In this document: piece by piece, positions 28,741-37,920 of the stretch
How positions within the stretch are numbered: position 1 is the stretch's first letter
Layout: each line of letters starts with the position of its first letter
Assembly: GCA_036500525.1 (NCBI GenBank)
Contig: DASYBY010000196.1
Location: forward strand, 1 to 53,713
Source of the DNA: Baekduia sp.
Lineage (GTDB): Bacteria > Actinomycetota > Thermoleophilia > Solirubrobacterales > Solirubrobacteraceae
DNA: 53,713 bases
Direction: 5' to 3'
Made by a program: the position numbers and the translations under genes
Notes under the pieces: model-generated
Databases searched by the model: none
Told to the model about the DNA's origin: nothing
The model's input: only the letters and a program-made list of their open reading frames with translations

Positions 28741-30396
28741 TTACGCGGCGGCCGCATCCCGGATGTCATGGCCCGCGAGCGCAAACGCGTGGACGACCCA
28801 GTTCTTGATCGCCGGGTTCACGCGGACGTCGATCACCAGCGGGCCCACGGCCGCCGCGAGCACCGCGGGCAAGCCCGCCAGGTCCTCAGCCGAACGCACG
28901 CGGTGGCCGGCCGCGCCGAAGCCCTCGGCCAGCAGCGCGAGGTCCGGCGTGGCCGCGAGCGCGAGCTCCGGGGCCTCGTCCTTCAGCGCGAGCATGTGCG
29001 CCTCCTGGCCCCAGCCCTCGTCGTTGATGACGACGATCGTCAGCGGCACGCCGTAGCGCGCCGCGGTCTCCAGCTCCGAGATCCCCATCAGAAACCCGGC
29101 GTCGCCGGCGACGACGGTCACGCGCTCGCCCTCGCGCGCGGCGGCGGCACCGATCGCCGTCGACAAGCTCTGGCCGATGCAGCCGATGTCGGTGGGGAAG
29201 ATCCAGTCGACCGGGCGGCCGATCCGCAGCAGCGGCCCGGCGAAGGAGATGAAGTGGCCCGCGTCCATCACCAGCGCCTGGTTGGCCGGCAGCAGCTCGT
29301 CGAGCGCGACGAAGACCGACCGCGGGTCGACGGTGCCCACGCCGTGCTCGGGCGTGAACGGGTACGGGTCCTCCGGCACGCGCGCGGCCGCGGCCGAAGC
29401 GCGAGCGGTCGGATCGCCGCGGCGCGCCAGCTCGCGCTCCAGGGCCGCGGCACCCGCGCCGGCGTCGCCGAGCACGAGGACGTCGGCGCGCCCGGCCGCC
29501 GCCGGGTCGTGGTCGATCGCCACGATCCGCGCGCCTTCGACGAGGCGGCCGAAGCCGGTCGTCAATCGCGAGAGGCTCGCGCCGACGACAAGCAGCACGT
29601 CGGCCTCCTGCATCAGCGCGAACGCCTCCGGTGAGCCCATCAGCCCGGCGTTGCCGAGGCTCAACGCGTGCCGTCCGCCCAGGCCGGTGGCCTGCAGCGT
29701 CGTCGCGAACGGCGTGCCGGCCGCCTCGGCTAGCGCGAGCACCGCCGTCTCGGCCCCGATCGCGCCGCGGCCGACGATCATCGCCGGGCGCTCGGCGGAA
29801 AGGATCACCTGCGCGGCCTCCGCGATCGCCGCCGCTGACGGCGCGACCGTCTCGGCGGCCGCGGACGCGGGCGCGACGGCCGGTGTGTAGCTCCAGGCGC
29901 CCGGAAGGTCGCGGCCCTGCACGTCCATCGGGAGGTTCACGAGCACCGGCCCGTGACCCGAGCGGGCAGCCACGAAGGCCTCGGTGATCCGCGCCGCGAC
30001 GTCGCCGGGATCGGTGACGTCGATCGTGGTGGCGGCCAGCGCCGCGCCGAAGCGCTGCTGGTCGACGTTCTGCAGGTGGCCCGGGTCGTCGGCGGGCGTG
30101 TCGCCGGCCAGCAGGACGACGGCGGAGCCGTGGGCGCGGGCGACGGCCAGCGACGTGGCGGTGTTCAGCAGCGCCGGCCCACAGGTCACGGTGCAGACGC
30201 CGACCGCCCCCGAGGCGCGCGCGTAGCCATCGGCCATCGCGACCGCGCCCTGCTCGTGGCGGACCTTCACGAACTCCACGCCGCGACGTTGCGTCAGCTC
30301 GGCCAGGAGCTCCATGTTGCCGTCCCCCATCAGGCCGAACACGCGCCCGACCTGCTCGCGCACCAGCGCGTCCGCGACCGCCTCGTAGACCTTCAT
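28741..30396 (-). CDS. Thiamine-diphosphate-dependent enzyme (acetolactate synthase-like superfamily)
   Basis: FGLMGDGN, RHEQGAVAMADGY, GDAGF...IND. RBS GGAGG before ATG 30396. Confidence 0.9.
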   Translation of the reverse strand: MKVYEAVADALVREQVGRVFGLMGDGNMELLAELTQRRGVEFVKVRHEQGAVAMADGYARASGAVGVCTVTCGPALLNTATSLAVARAHGSAVVLLAGDTPADDPGHLQNVDQQRFGAALAATTIDVTDPGDVAARITEAFVAARSGHGPVLVNLPMDVQGRDLPGAWSYTPAVAPASAAAETVAPSAAAIAEAAQVILSAERPAMIVGRGAIGAETAVLALAEAAGTPFATTLQATGLGGRHALSLGNAGLMGSPEAFALMQEADVLLVVGASLSRLTTGFGRLVEGARIVAIDHDPAAAGRADVLVLGDAGAGAAALERELARRGDPTARASAAAARVPEDPYPFTPEHGVGTVDPRSVFVALDELLPANQALVMDAGHFISFAGPLLRIGRPVDWIFPTDIGCIGQSLSTAIGAAAAREGERVTVVAGDAGFLMGISELETAARYGVPLTIVVINDEGWGQEAHMLALKDEAPELALAATPDLALLAEGFGAAGHRVRSAEDLAGLPAVLAAAVGPLVIDVRVNPAIKNWVVHAFALAGHDIRDAAAA

Positions 30397-30415
30397 GACC
30401 CGTTCCTCCGTCTGT

Positions 30416-30448
30416 ACATTGCTGCCGACAGTAACTAACATTGCTGCC
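30416..30448. repeat. 11-bp direct repeat ACATTGCTGCC with a 22-bp period in a divergent promoter
   Basis: Exact copies at 30416-30426 and 30438-30448. Confidence 0.75.
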
Positions 30449-30470
30449 TTCGTCCAACGAAGGGAGCAGC

Positions 30471-31367
30471 ATGGTCATCGGCATCAGCGGCGCCAGCGGC
30501 AAGCTCGGTCGCCTCTCCGTCGAAGCGGCGCTCGAACGGGTCGAGCCGCAGGAGCTCGTCATCACGACGCGAACGCCGGCGAACCTCGCCGAGTACGCCG
30601 AGCGCGGGGTCGACGTCCGCCACGCGGACTTCGACGAGCCCGAGAGCCTCACCTCGGCCTTCGCGGGCATCGAGCGGATGTTCATGATCAGCGCGAGCAA
30701 CGGCACCGGGCACCGCTACGACGAGCACTCCGCGGCGATCAACGCCGCCAAGGAGGCCGGCATCCAGCGGCTCGTGTTCCCGTCGATGCCCAAGGTCGAC
30801 GACCCCGCCCATCCGGTCGGCCTCGCCGCCCAGGAGTACCGCGACGCCGAGGAGCTGCTGGCCGCCGGCGGCGTCCCCTACGCGATCCTGCGCGACGCGC
30901 CCTATTCCGAGCTGCACATCGTCGAGCGCTTCACCCCCGCCCTCGCGGCCGGCCAGATGCGCATCAACACCGCGGACGGCACGGCCGCCTTCGTCTCGCG
31001 CCAGGACGTCGCCCGCGCCGCCATCGCGCTCGTCCTCGGCGACGGGCACATGGGCAACACCTACGACATCACCGGCCCCGAGCTGCTGACCTTCAAGCAA
31101 GTCGCCGAGCTGCTCGCCGAGGTCAGCGGGCGCCCGCTGGAGTACGTCGAGATCGATGACGCGACCTTCGCCAAGGAGACGGCCGCCGCCGGCGTCCCGC
31201 AGCTGATGGTCGAGGCGCTGACCGGGATGGGCAAGGCGGTGCGCGAGGACTACTTCGCGGTCCAGAGCGACGACTTCAAGCAGATCACGGGCCATGACCC
31301 GCTGTCGCTGCGCGCGGTCCTCGAGGCGCACCGGGACGAGCTCGCCGCGGCCGCCCTCACCACGTAA
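30471..31367 (+). CDS. NmrA/QorB-like NAD(P)H-binding oxidoreductase (atypical SDR)
   Basis: SGASGKLG, ADFDEPESL, VSRQDVA, YDITGPE. Confidence 0.88.
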   Translation: MVIGISGASGKLGRLSVEAALERVEPQELVITTRTPANLAEYAERGVDVRHADFDEPESLTSAFAGIERMFMISASNGTGHRYDEHSAAINAAKEAGIQRLVFPSMPKVDDPAHPVGLAAQEYRDAEELLAAGGVPYAILRDAPYSELHIVERFTPALAAGQMRINTADGTAAFVSRQDVARAAIALVLGDGHMGNTYDITGPELLTFKQVAELLAEVSGRPLEYVEIDDATFAKETAAAGVPQLMVEALTGMGKAVREDYFAVQSDDFKQITGHDPLSLRAVLEAHRDELAAAALTT

Positions 31368-32634
31368 CGGCGAGGCTGCGCAGGAGGAAGGCCAGGAGCG
31401 ACGGCTCATAGTCGAGCTCCTGGCCCGTCACGGGTCGCACCGCGGGCAGGCGCTCATAGAGCACGCGCAGGGCCTCGGTGCACGTCACCCGCGTCAGCGG
31501 CGATCCGATGCACTTGTGGATCCCGCGGCCGAACGCGAGGTGGTCGCCCACGTTCTCGCGGTGGAGGTCGAAGCGGCCCGGCTCCGGGAAGTGCTCGGGG
31601 TCGTGGTTGGCCGACGAGGCCAGCAGCCAGACGCGCGAGCCCTTGGGCAGCGTGTGGCCGCCGATCTCGACGTCGCGCATCGCGACGCGCAAGAGGCCGA
31701 GCGCGTTTCCGCGCATCCGCAGCGCCTCCTCGCAGACGTTGGTCCACAGCTCGGGCTCGCGCCGCAGCTCCGCCAGGACGTCCGGCTGCGCGTCGAAGAG
31801 GATCACCGTCTGCGCGATCAGGTCGGCCATCGCCGCCTTGCCCGCGGAGATGAACTCGACCAGGTGCGTGACGACGTGCTCGCGGTTGAGCGCGGTGGTC
31901 CCGTCCTCCAGGCGGGCGTGCACCATCCCTGAGATCAAATCGCCGGTCGGGCGCGCGAGGCGCTCCTCGATCAGCTCCTCGAAGTAGGCCCGCGCCGCGG
32001 CCAGCCGCGTCCAGCGCTCCAGCCACTCCGCGTCGGGCATCGGCTGGACCATCTGGTCGTCGGGCGCGTCGGGGTCCTTGGGCACGAAGAGGACCGTGAG
32101 GTCGTTGCCCCAGCCGTCCAGCAGGTGCGCGTCCTGGGGCGGGAACCCGAGCAGCTCGACCATGACGCCCATGGCCAGCGGCACGCAGAACCGCGCCATC
32201 AGGTCGCCGCCGCCGTCGGCCTCGAAGCCGTCGATCAGCTCATGGGCCAGCCGGGCCGTCACCGGGCCCATGTCGTCGACCCGCGCACGGCGGAACGCCT
32301 GGCTGGCGAGCTTGCGCGCGACCGTGTGCTCGGGCGGGTCCTTGGCGTTGAAGGTCTTGGTCAGGAACTCGGAGTCGAGCACGTCGTCCATCTCCGGCGG
32401 ACGTGGGCCGACGCCGACGCAGCGCGACGAGTAGTCCTTGAAGTTGCCGAACGCCCCGACCTGGTCCTCCCAGCGGGTGATCGCCCAGAGGTCGAGGTCG
32501 GGCAGGTAGTGGATCGGCGCACGCTCGCGGAGCTCCGCGAGCGTGCCGTAAGGCTGCCGGATGAAGTCCAGCGACAGCGGCTGGAAGTCCTCGGCCACCG
32601 GGATGGCGGTGCCCTGCGCGTACGGACAGCTCAT
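31357..32634 (-). CDS. Cytochrome P450 with atypical I-helix
   Basis: DPPEH, EEALR, HLAFGRGIHKCIG. I-helix reads ISAGKAAM. Confidence 0.95.
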   Translation of the reverse strand: MSCPYAQGTAIPVAEDFQPLSLDFIRQPYGTLAELRERAPIHYLPDLDLWAITRWEDQVGAFGNFKDYSSRCVGVGPRPPEMDDVLDSEFLTKTFNAKDPPEHTVARKLASQAFRRARVDDMGPVTARLAHELIDGFEADGGGDLMARFCVPLAMGVMVELLGFPPQDAHLLDGWGNDLTVLFVPKDPDAPDDQMVQPMPDAEWLERWTRLAAARAYFEELIEERLARPTGDLISGMVHARLEDGTTALNREHVVTHLVEFISAGKAAMADLIAQTVILFDAQPDVLAELRREPELWTNVCEEALRMRGNALGLLRVAMRDVEIGGHTLPKGSRVWLLASSANHDPEHFPEPGRFDLHRENVGDHLAFGRGIHKCIGSPLTRVTCTEALRVLYERLPAVRPVTGQELDYEPSLLAFLLRSLAVTW

Positions 32635-32652
32635 GGAGCGCTCTCGCTTCTT

Positions 32653-33435
32653 CTAGATCAGGATGGAGGTGCCGCCGTCGACGATGAGCTCGGCACCGTT
32701 GACGTAGCCCGCCTCGTCGGAGGCGAGGAAGAGCGCCGCGTAGACGACCTCCTCCGGCAGCCCCGGCCGGCCGAACGCCGTGTGCTCGACGATCGGCAGG
32801 ATCGGGCTCTCGTCGCCCATCCCCAGCAGCGGCTCGGTCGCCGGCGAGGCGATGCAGCCGGGGCTGACGCAGTTGGCGCGGATGTTGACGGCGCCGCCCT
32901 CCGCCGCGAGCTGGCGCGTGAGCGAGACGACGGCGCCCTTGGCCGCCGCGTGGCCGCTCTGGGGCAGCTTGCGCATCCCGACGTGCGCGGAGACCGAAGC
33001 GATGTTGACGATCGCGCCGCCGCCCGCGGCGACCAGGTGCGGCCATGCCGCCTGGCAGCTGAACCAGACGATGTCGAGCTCGTTGCGGATCGTGAACGAC
33101 CAGTCCTCGTCGGACAGGTCGGTGACCGGCCCGAACTTGGGCAGGCTGGCGTTGTTGTACAGGATGTCGACGCGCCCGAACGCCGCGACGCCGCCGTCGA
33201 CCCAGGTGGCGACGTCCGCGCGCCGGCTCAGGTCGAGCCCGCCGAAGCTCACGATCTCGCCACCCTCGGCCTCCACCATCGCCTGCGTCTCGGCCGCCCC
33301 GTCGGGCGCAATGTCACACGCGACCACGCGCGCGCCCTCGCGCGCGAAGATCTTGGCCGCCTCACGGCCCTGACCGCCGGCGGTGCCGGAGATCAGCGCC
33401 ACCTTGCCCGCGAGCCGCCCGCCTTGCGCGGGCAC
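32653..33435 (-). CDS. SDR oxidoreductase with HxxxK (paralog of 22624..23412)
   Basis: SGTAGGQG, YNNA, HAAAK, NCVSPG, VDGG. Confidence 0.9.
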   Translation of the reverse strand: MPAQGGRLAGKVALISGTAGGQGREAAKIFAREGARVVACDIAPDGAAETQAMVEAEGGEIVSFGGLDLSRRADVATWVDGGVAAFGRVDILYNNASLPKFGPVTDLSDEDWSFTIRNELDIVWFSCQAAWPHLVAAGGGAIVNIASVSAHVGMRKLPQSGHAAAKGAVVSLTRQLAAEGGAVNIRANCVSPGCIASPATEPLLGMGDESPILPIVEHTAFGRPGLPEEVVYAALFLASDEAGYVNGAELIVDGGTSILI

Positions 33436-35055
33436 CTAGGAGACCGCGGCCGTCACGTCGGCGTCGGCCGTGAGCTGCAGCCGCTCGCGCAGCTCGTCGA
33501 CGAGGGCCGGGACGTCGTCGGCCGACCAGCCGACCCCGAAGATCGAGAAGTCCGGGCGGACCAGGATCGCCTCGATCATCTCGCGGTCCTTGGAGAACGC
33601 CTCGTAGGTCCGGTCGAGGTCGAGGATGCCCCCGGCGTCGGGATCGTTGGTGATCATCACCGCGTGGCAGCCGATCTGCTCGAGGAACCCGCGCTGCTCG
33701 TCGTCGAGCTTCTCGAGCGGGTCGAACTCGTAGCCAAGCAGGTGGAAGCCCCAGCCGACGATGTCGTCGAAGCGGCCTACCTCGCCGTCGCGGCGGACGA
33801 TGCCCTGCTCGATCAGGTCCCCGACGTACGGGCCCAGCTCTCCGTCCTCGCCGCGGTGCAGGACGCCGTCGAGCAGCGTCGGGTCGTCCGGCGGCGGTGG
33901 CACCTGACCGGTGCGGAAGGCCTCGTCGCGGGCGGCGGCCTTGACCGGGTCGCGCTCGCAGGCGACCTCGCCCAGCGCGATCGACCCGCGGATCAGGACC
34001 TCGGCGTGCGGGGAACGCTCCAGCTCGTAGGTGTCGAGCAGGCTCTCGTCGGAGGTGCCGTCCAGCACCAGGTCGAGCTTCCACGCGAGGTTGATCGCGT
34101 CGCGCATGCCCGAGCAGGCGCCCTGCCCCAGGAACGGCGGCATCAGGTGCGCGGCGTCGCCGGCGAGCAGGACGTGGCCCTTGCGCCACTGGTCGGCCAG
34201 CTTGCCCTCGAACGGGTAGATGACCTGGCGGTAGATGCGGACCTGGTCCCGCGTGAGACCCCAGGCCTGCTCGAGGAAGTCGTAGCCGATCTCGGGCACG
34301 AGCATCGCGCTGTGGTCGTCGTCGGGGTTGACGAGGAACTCGAAGCGCATCCGGTGGCTTCCGATGGGGATGAAGGCGATCGTCCGGCCCGGGTCGCAGA
34401 TCGTGATCGCCACGCCGCGGTTGAGCTTTGTGGGGATCTCGCCGATCCGCTCGCAGTCGACGCTCAGGAACGCGTCGCGGAAGCCGAAGTCCTGGCGCGT
34501 GATGCCGGCCGCCTCGCGAACCGCGCTCTTGGCGCCGTCGGCGCCGACGAGGTAGCGCGCGCGCACGGTGCGCTCGCCGATCTCGCGCGAGCCATAGCCC
34601 ATGTCGCGCTGGCGGGCGGTGACGGTGATGCCGTCGGCGTCGTCCTCGAAGGAGACGACCTCCCAGCCCTGGTTGACCTCGACGCCCCGCTCGCGGGCGG
34701 TGGCGTCCATCGTCTCCTCGACGTCGGGCTGGTAGAAGGAGATGCGTCCCGGATAGCCGCAGATGTGGAGGTCGCTCCAGTCCATCGCGGTGATCAGCTC
34801 GCCGTCGGTGTCCTCCAACTCGTACTTGCGACACCACGAGGAGACCCGGAATGCCCGGTCGACGTCGCCGGAGGCCTGGATGATCCGCGCGGTCTCGCCG
34901 TCGACCGTGCACAGCCGGGGCTGGCCGTAGAGCGTCGGGAACTTCTCGAACACGCATACCTTGTGCCCCTGGCGCGCCAGGAGCGAGGCCGTGGCCTGCC
35001 CCGTCGGGCCATAGCCCGCCACCACAACATCGAAGTCGAACCGCTCGTTGCTCAT
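33436..35055 (-). CDS. MhpA-like FAD-dependent aromatic hydroxylase (paralog of 21035..22627)
   Basis: GYGPTG, LYGQPRL, ADGAKS, LAGDAAHLMPPFLGQG, VRPDF. Confidence 0.9.
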   Translation of the reverse strand: MSNERFDFDVVVAGYGPTGQATASLLARQGHKVCVFEKFPTLYGQPRLCTVDGETARIIQASGDVDRAFRVSSWCRKYELEDTDGELITAMDWSDLHICGYPGRISFYQPDVEETMDATARERGVEVNQGWEVVSFEDDADGITVTARQRDMGYGSREIGERTVRARYLVGADGAKSAVREAAGITRQDFGFRDAFLSVDCERIGEIPTKLNRGVAITICDPGRTIAFIPIGSHRMRFEFLVNPDDDHSAMLVPEIGYDFLEQAWGLTRDQVRIYRQVIYPFEGKLADQWRKGHVLLAGDAAHLMPPFLGQGACSGMRDAINLAWKLDLVLDGTSDESLLDTYELERSPHAEVLIRGSIALGEVACERDPVKAAARDEAFRTGQVPPPPDDPTLLDGVLHRGEDGELGPYVGDLIEQGIVRRDGEVGRFDDIVGWGFHLLGYEFDPLEKLDDEQRGFLEQIGCHAVMITNDPDAGGILDLDRTYEAFSKDREMIEAILVRPDFSIFGVGWSADDVPALVDELRERLQLTADADVTAAVS

Positions 35056-36320
35056 GCTCCGCCTCCTCCTGTCCCTGACTGATGACCTTCGTATCTATTA
35101 CCATAGTTATCCGCATAGCGCATGAAGGAGCGATCCAGGTCATGCACGGATGTGACGCCTAACAGCGCCAGCGTTCGGTCCAACTCGCCGCGTAGGATCG
35201 CCAGCACACGGCTCACCCCGGCCTCGCCGGCGGCGCCCAGCCCCCACACCCACGGCCGCGCGATCAGGCACGCGCGGGCGCCCAGCGCCAGCGCCTTGGC
35301 GACATCACCGCCGCGCCGCACGCCGCCGTCGATCAGGACCTCGACGCCGGATCCGGCCAGCGCGTCGGCGATCTCGGGCAGGACCTCGAGGGTCCCGGGA
35401 AGGCCGTCGAGCTGACGGCCACCGTGGTTGGAGATCACGATGCCGTCGGCGCCGACCTCGGCGGCCAACCGCGCGTCGGCCGCCGACATGATCCCCTTGA
35501 TCGCCAGCGGGCCGCCCCAGCGCTCGCGGATCCGCTCCAGGCCGGCCCAGGTCTGGCGCTCGTCGAACATCGCGGTGATCCAGCCGACCGTGTCATGGCC
35601 GCCGTAGCCGGCGATGTTGGCCAGGTACACGCCGGGGCCGCGGCGGAAGCGCAGGCCCCAGCGGACGAGCCGGTCGGGATGGACCAGCGCGTCGCGGACG
35701 TTGGTCCGTGTCAGCCGCGGCGACGCCGTCCAGCCGTTGCGCAGGTCGCGCTCGCGCGGGCCGCCGACCGAGCAGTCGACCGTGACGATCAGGGCCGTGC
35801 AGCCCGCGGCGCGCGCACGGTCGATGAGGTGGTCGGTCAGCCCCGGGTCGTTGGAGGGGTTGAGCTGGAACCAGAGCGGGCCATCGGTCACCGCGGCGAC
35901 CTCGCCGACCGTGTAGCTGCCGGCCGTGCTCACCGCGAGGACCGTGCCTGCCGCCACCGCCGCGCGCGAGGCCGCCAGCTCGGCGTCGGGATGCTGGAAG
36001 GCGGGCGTGCCGGTCGGCCCGAGGATCACCGGCATCGACAGCGGCGTGCCCAGCGCGGTGGTCGAGAGGTCGCGGTCGGCGACCTCGACGAGCACACGGG
36101 AGGAGAAGCTCGCGCGCTCGAAGGCGGCGCGGTTGGCCCGCAGCGTCAGCTCGTCCTCGGCGCCGCCGTCGACGAAGTCGAAGGCCATGATCGGCGTGCG
36201 CGAGCGGGCCAGGCGGCGGATGTCGCCGACGCTGTGAGCGCGCTCGAGGGCGGGCGGCGCCGGCTTCAGCAGCCCGCGAAGCAGGGCGCCGTGCCGACCA
36301 CGCGACGGAGAGCGGGACAT
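35052..36320 (-). CDS. FMN-dependent alpha-hydroxy acid oxidase/dehydrogenase (LldD/MdlB family)
   Basis: GGAEDE, WFQL, TVD, IKG, SNHGGRQLD, DGGVRRG. Confidence 0.92.
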   Translation of the reverse strand: MSRSPSRGRHGALLRGLLKPAPPALERAHSVGDIRRLARSRTPIMAFDFVDGGAEDELTLRANRAAFERASFSSRVLVEVADRDLSTTALGTPLSMPVILGPTGTPAFQHPDAELAASRAAVAAGTVLAVSTAGSYTVGEVAAVTDGPLWFQLNPSNDPGLTDHLIDRARAAGCTALIVTVDCSVGGPRERDLRNGWTASPRLTRTNVRDALVHPDRLVRWGLRFRRGPGVYLANIAGYGGHDTVGWITAMFDERQTWAGLERIRERWGGPLAIKGIMSAADARLAAEVGADGIVISNHGGRQLDGLPGTLEVLPEIADALAGSGVEVLIDGGVRRGGDVAKALALGARACLIARPWVWGLGAAGEAGVSRVLAILRGELDRTLALLGVTSVHDLDRSFMRYADNYGNRYEGHQSGTGGGGA

Positions 36321-36379
36321 ATTGGGCTATTGATAGCATAAGTAAGCAGACTAAGAGCGACCTACCGAAGGAGCGAGAG

Positions 36380-36853
36380 ATGCCCCAGCTGTTCAAGATC
36401 GACGACCCGGAGTTCTTCAAGACCGGGCCGGCGTCGATCGAGTGGGTCCGGGTGGGGACCGAGGCCACCGGCTCGGTGATGGCCAACTTCCCGATGGGCG
36501 ACGACCCCGACGACCCGGAGGTCCCGATCGCCTCGGTCCTCTTCCTGCCGCCCGGCCACACGCTGCCGCGCCACGCGCACGACTGCTACCGCGTCGAGGT
36601 CGTCATCCGCGGCGAGCTGACCGTCGGCGACACGATCCTGCACAGCGGCGACGTGTCGGTCTCCAAGCCGGGCGAGGCCTACGGCCCGCACATCGCCGGT
36701 CCGACGGGCGTGCTGTCGGTCGAGATCTTCTCGCGCGCCGCGGGGCTGCTGCCCGGCTTCGAGGGCGAGCTCGACGACGAGGCCCGCCACAGCATGGAGG
36801 CCTTCACCGCCGCCGTCGAGGCGTATACGGGCAGCAAGCCGGACCTGGGCTGA
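36380..36853 (+). CDS. Cupin domain protein
   Basis: PRHAHDCYRVE and GEAYGPH. RBS AAGGAG. Confidence 0.8.
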   Translation: MPQLFKIDDPEFFKTGPASIEWVRVGTEATGSVMANFPMGDDPDDPEVPIASVLFLPPGHTLPRHAHDCYRVEVVIRGELTVGDTILHSGDVSVSKPGEAYGPHIAGPTGVLSVEIFSRAAGLLPGFEGELDDEARHSMEAFTAAVEAYTGSKPDLG

Positions 36854-37920
36854 TGCGCGCCGCCGTCTACCACGGCCGTCGCGACGTCCGCATCGAGGAC
36901 GTGCCGGAGCCGAGCGTGGGCCCCGGCAAGCTGAAGCTCCGTGTCGGCTTCAACGGCATCTGCGGGACCGACGTCCACGAGTTCTTCACCGGCCCGCACC
37001 TCATCCCCCATGACCACCCGCACCCGCGTACGGGGGCGATCCTCCCGGTGGTCATCGGCCACGAGTTCGCCGGCGAGGTCGTCGACGTCGGCGACGGCGT
37101 CGAGGACTTCGCGATCGGCGACCGCGTCGCCGCGGAGCCGATCTCCAACTGCGGGACCTGCCGGCTCTGCCGCCGTGGGGCCTACAACCTCTGCACCCAG
37201 ATCGCCTTCCAGGGCTCTGACGCTCTGCACGGCGGCCTGGCGGAGTACACGGTCGTCGACGCGATCAAGGCGCATAGCCTGCCCGACGGCCTCGGCCTCG
37301 ACGTCGGCGCGCTGGTCGAGCCGCTCTCGGTCTCCTACCACGCGGTCCGCCACGCGGCGCCGGAGCCCAACGAGACCGTCGTCGTCTACGGCGGCGGGCC
37401 GATCGGCGTCGGCGCGTTCCTCGCCCTGCGGGCCCGCGGCGTGGAGCGCATCGTCGTCGTCGAGCCCTCGGCCGACCGTGCCGCGATCCTCACCGGCCTC
37501 GGCGCCGACATCGTGCTCGACCCCGTCGAGGAGGACGTCGCCGCGCGGATCGCCGAGCTGACCGACGGCTACGGTGCCGACGTCTCGATCGACGCCGCCG
37601 GCGTCGCCGGGTCGTTCGGGGCGGCCGTCAACACCACGGCCAAGCAGGGCCGCGTCATCCTGGTGGCGACCTTCCACGGCCCGGTCAGCTTCGAGCCCAA
37701 CGACCTGGTCTTCGGCGAGCGCCGGATCCTCGCCTCCTGCGGCTACCGCGGCGAGGACTACGACGCGGTCATCCGGCTGCTGGCCGGCGGCCGTTACCCG
37801 ACCGACACCTGGGTCCAGCAGATCGGGATGGAGGAGCTCGTCGTCGGCGGCTTCGAAGCGCTGCACGCGCAGCGCGCGATGAAGGTCCTGGTCGACGTCC
37901 GCGCCGGCCTCGACGGCTAA
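36853..37920 (+). CDS. Zinc-dependent MDR alcohol dehydrogenase (2,3-butanediol dehydrogenase-like)
   Basis: GICGTD, GHE, CxxCxxC...C, GGGPIG. Confidence 0.92.
   Translation: MRAAVYHGRRDVRIEDVPEPSVGPGKLKLRVGFNGICGTDVHEFFTGPHLIPHDHPHPRTGAILPVVIGHEFAGEVVDVGDGVEDFAIGDRVAAEPISNCGTCRLCRRGAYNLCTQIAFQGSDALHGGLAEYTVVDAIKAHSLPDGLGLDVGALVEPLSVSYHAVRHAAPEPNETVVVYGGGPIGVGAFLALRARGVERIVVVEPSADRAAILTGLGADIVLDPVEEDVAARIAELTDGYGADVSIDAAGVAGSFGAAVNTTAKQGRVILVATFHGPVSFEPNDLVFGERRILASCGYRGEDYDAVIRLLAGGRYPTDTWVQQIGMEELVVGGFEALHAQRAMKVLVDVRAGLDG

Noticed and set aside
28741-30396. Calling the ThDP enzyme ilvB and the ABC genes livKHMGF
   Set aside because: No ilvN/ilvC neighbours and the context is catabolic. 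Family membership does not establish orthology, so symbols were withheld.
35052-36320. Possible mycofactocin locus (MftD-like oxidase, SDRs)
   Set aside because: No MftA IDGxCGVY peptide, MftB or radical SAM MftC. The CGVY I noticed lies inside the TSUP membrane protein.
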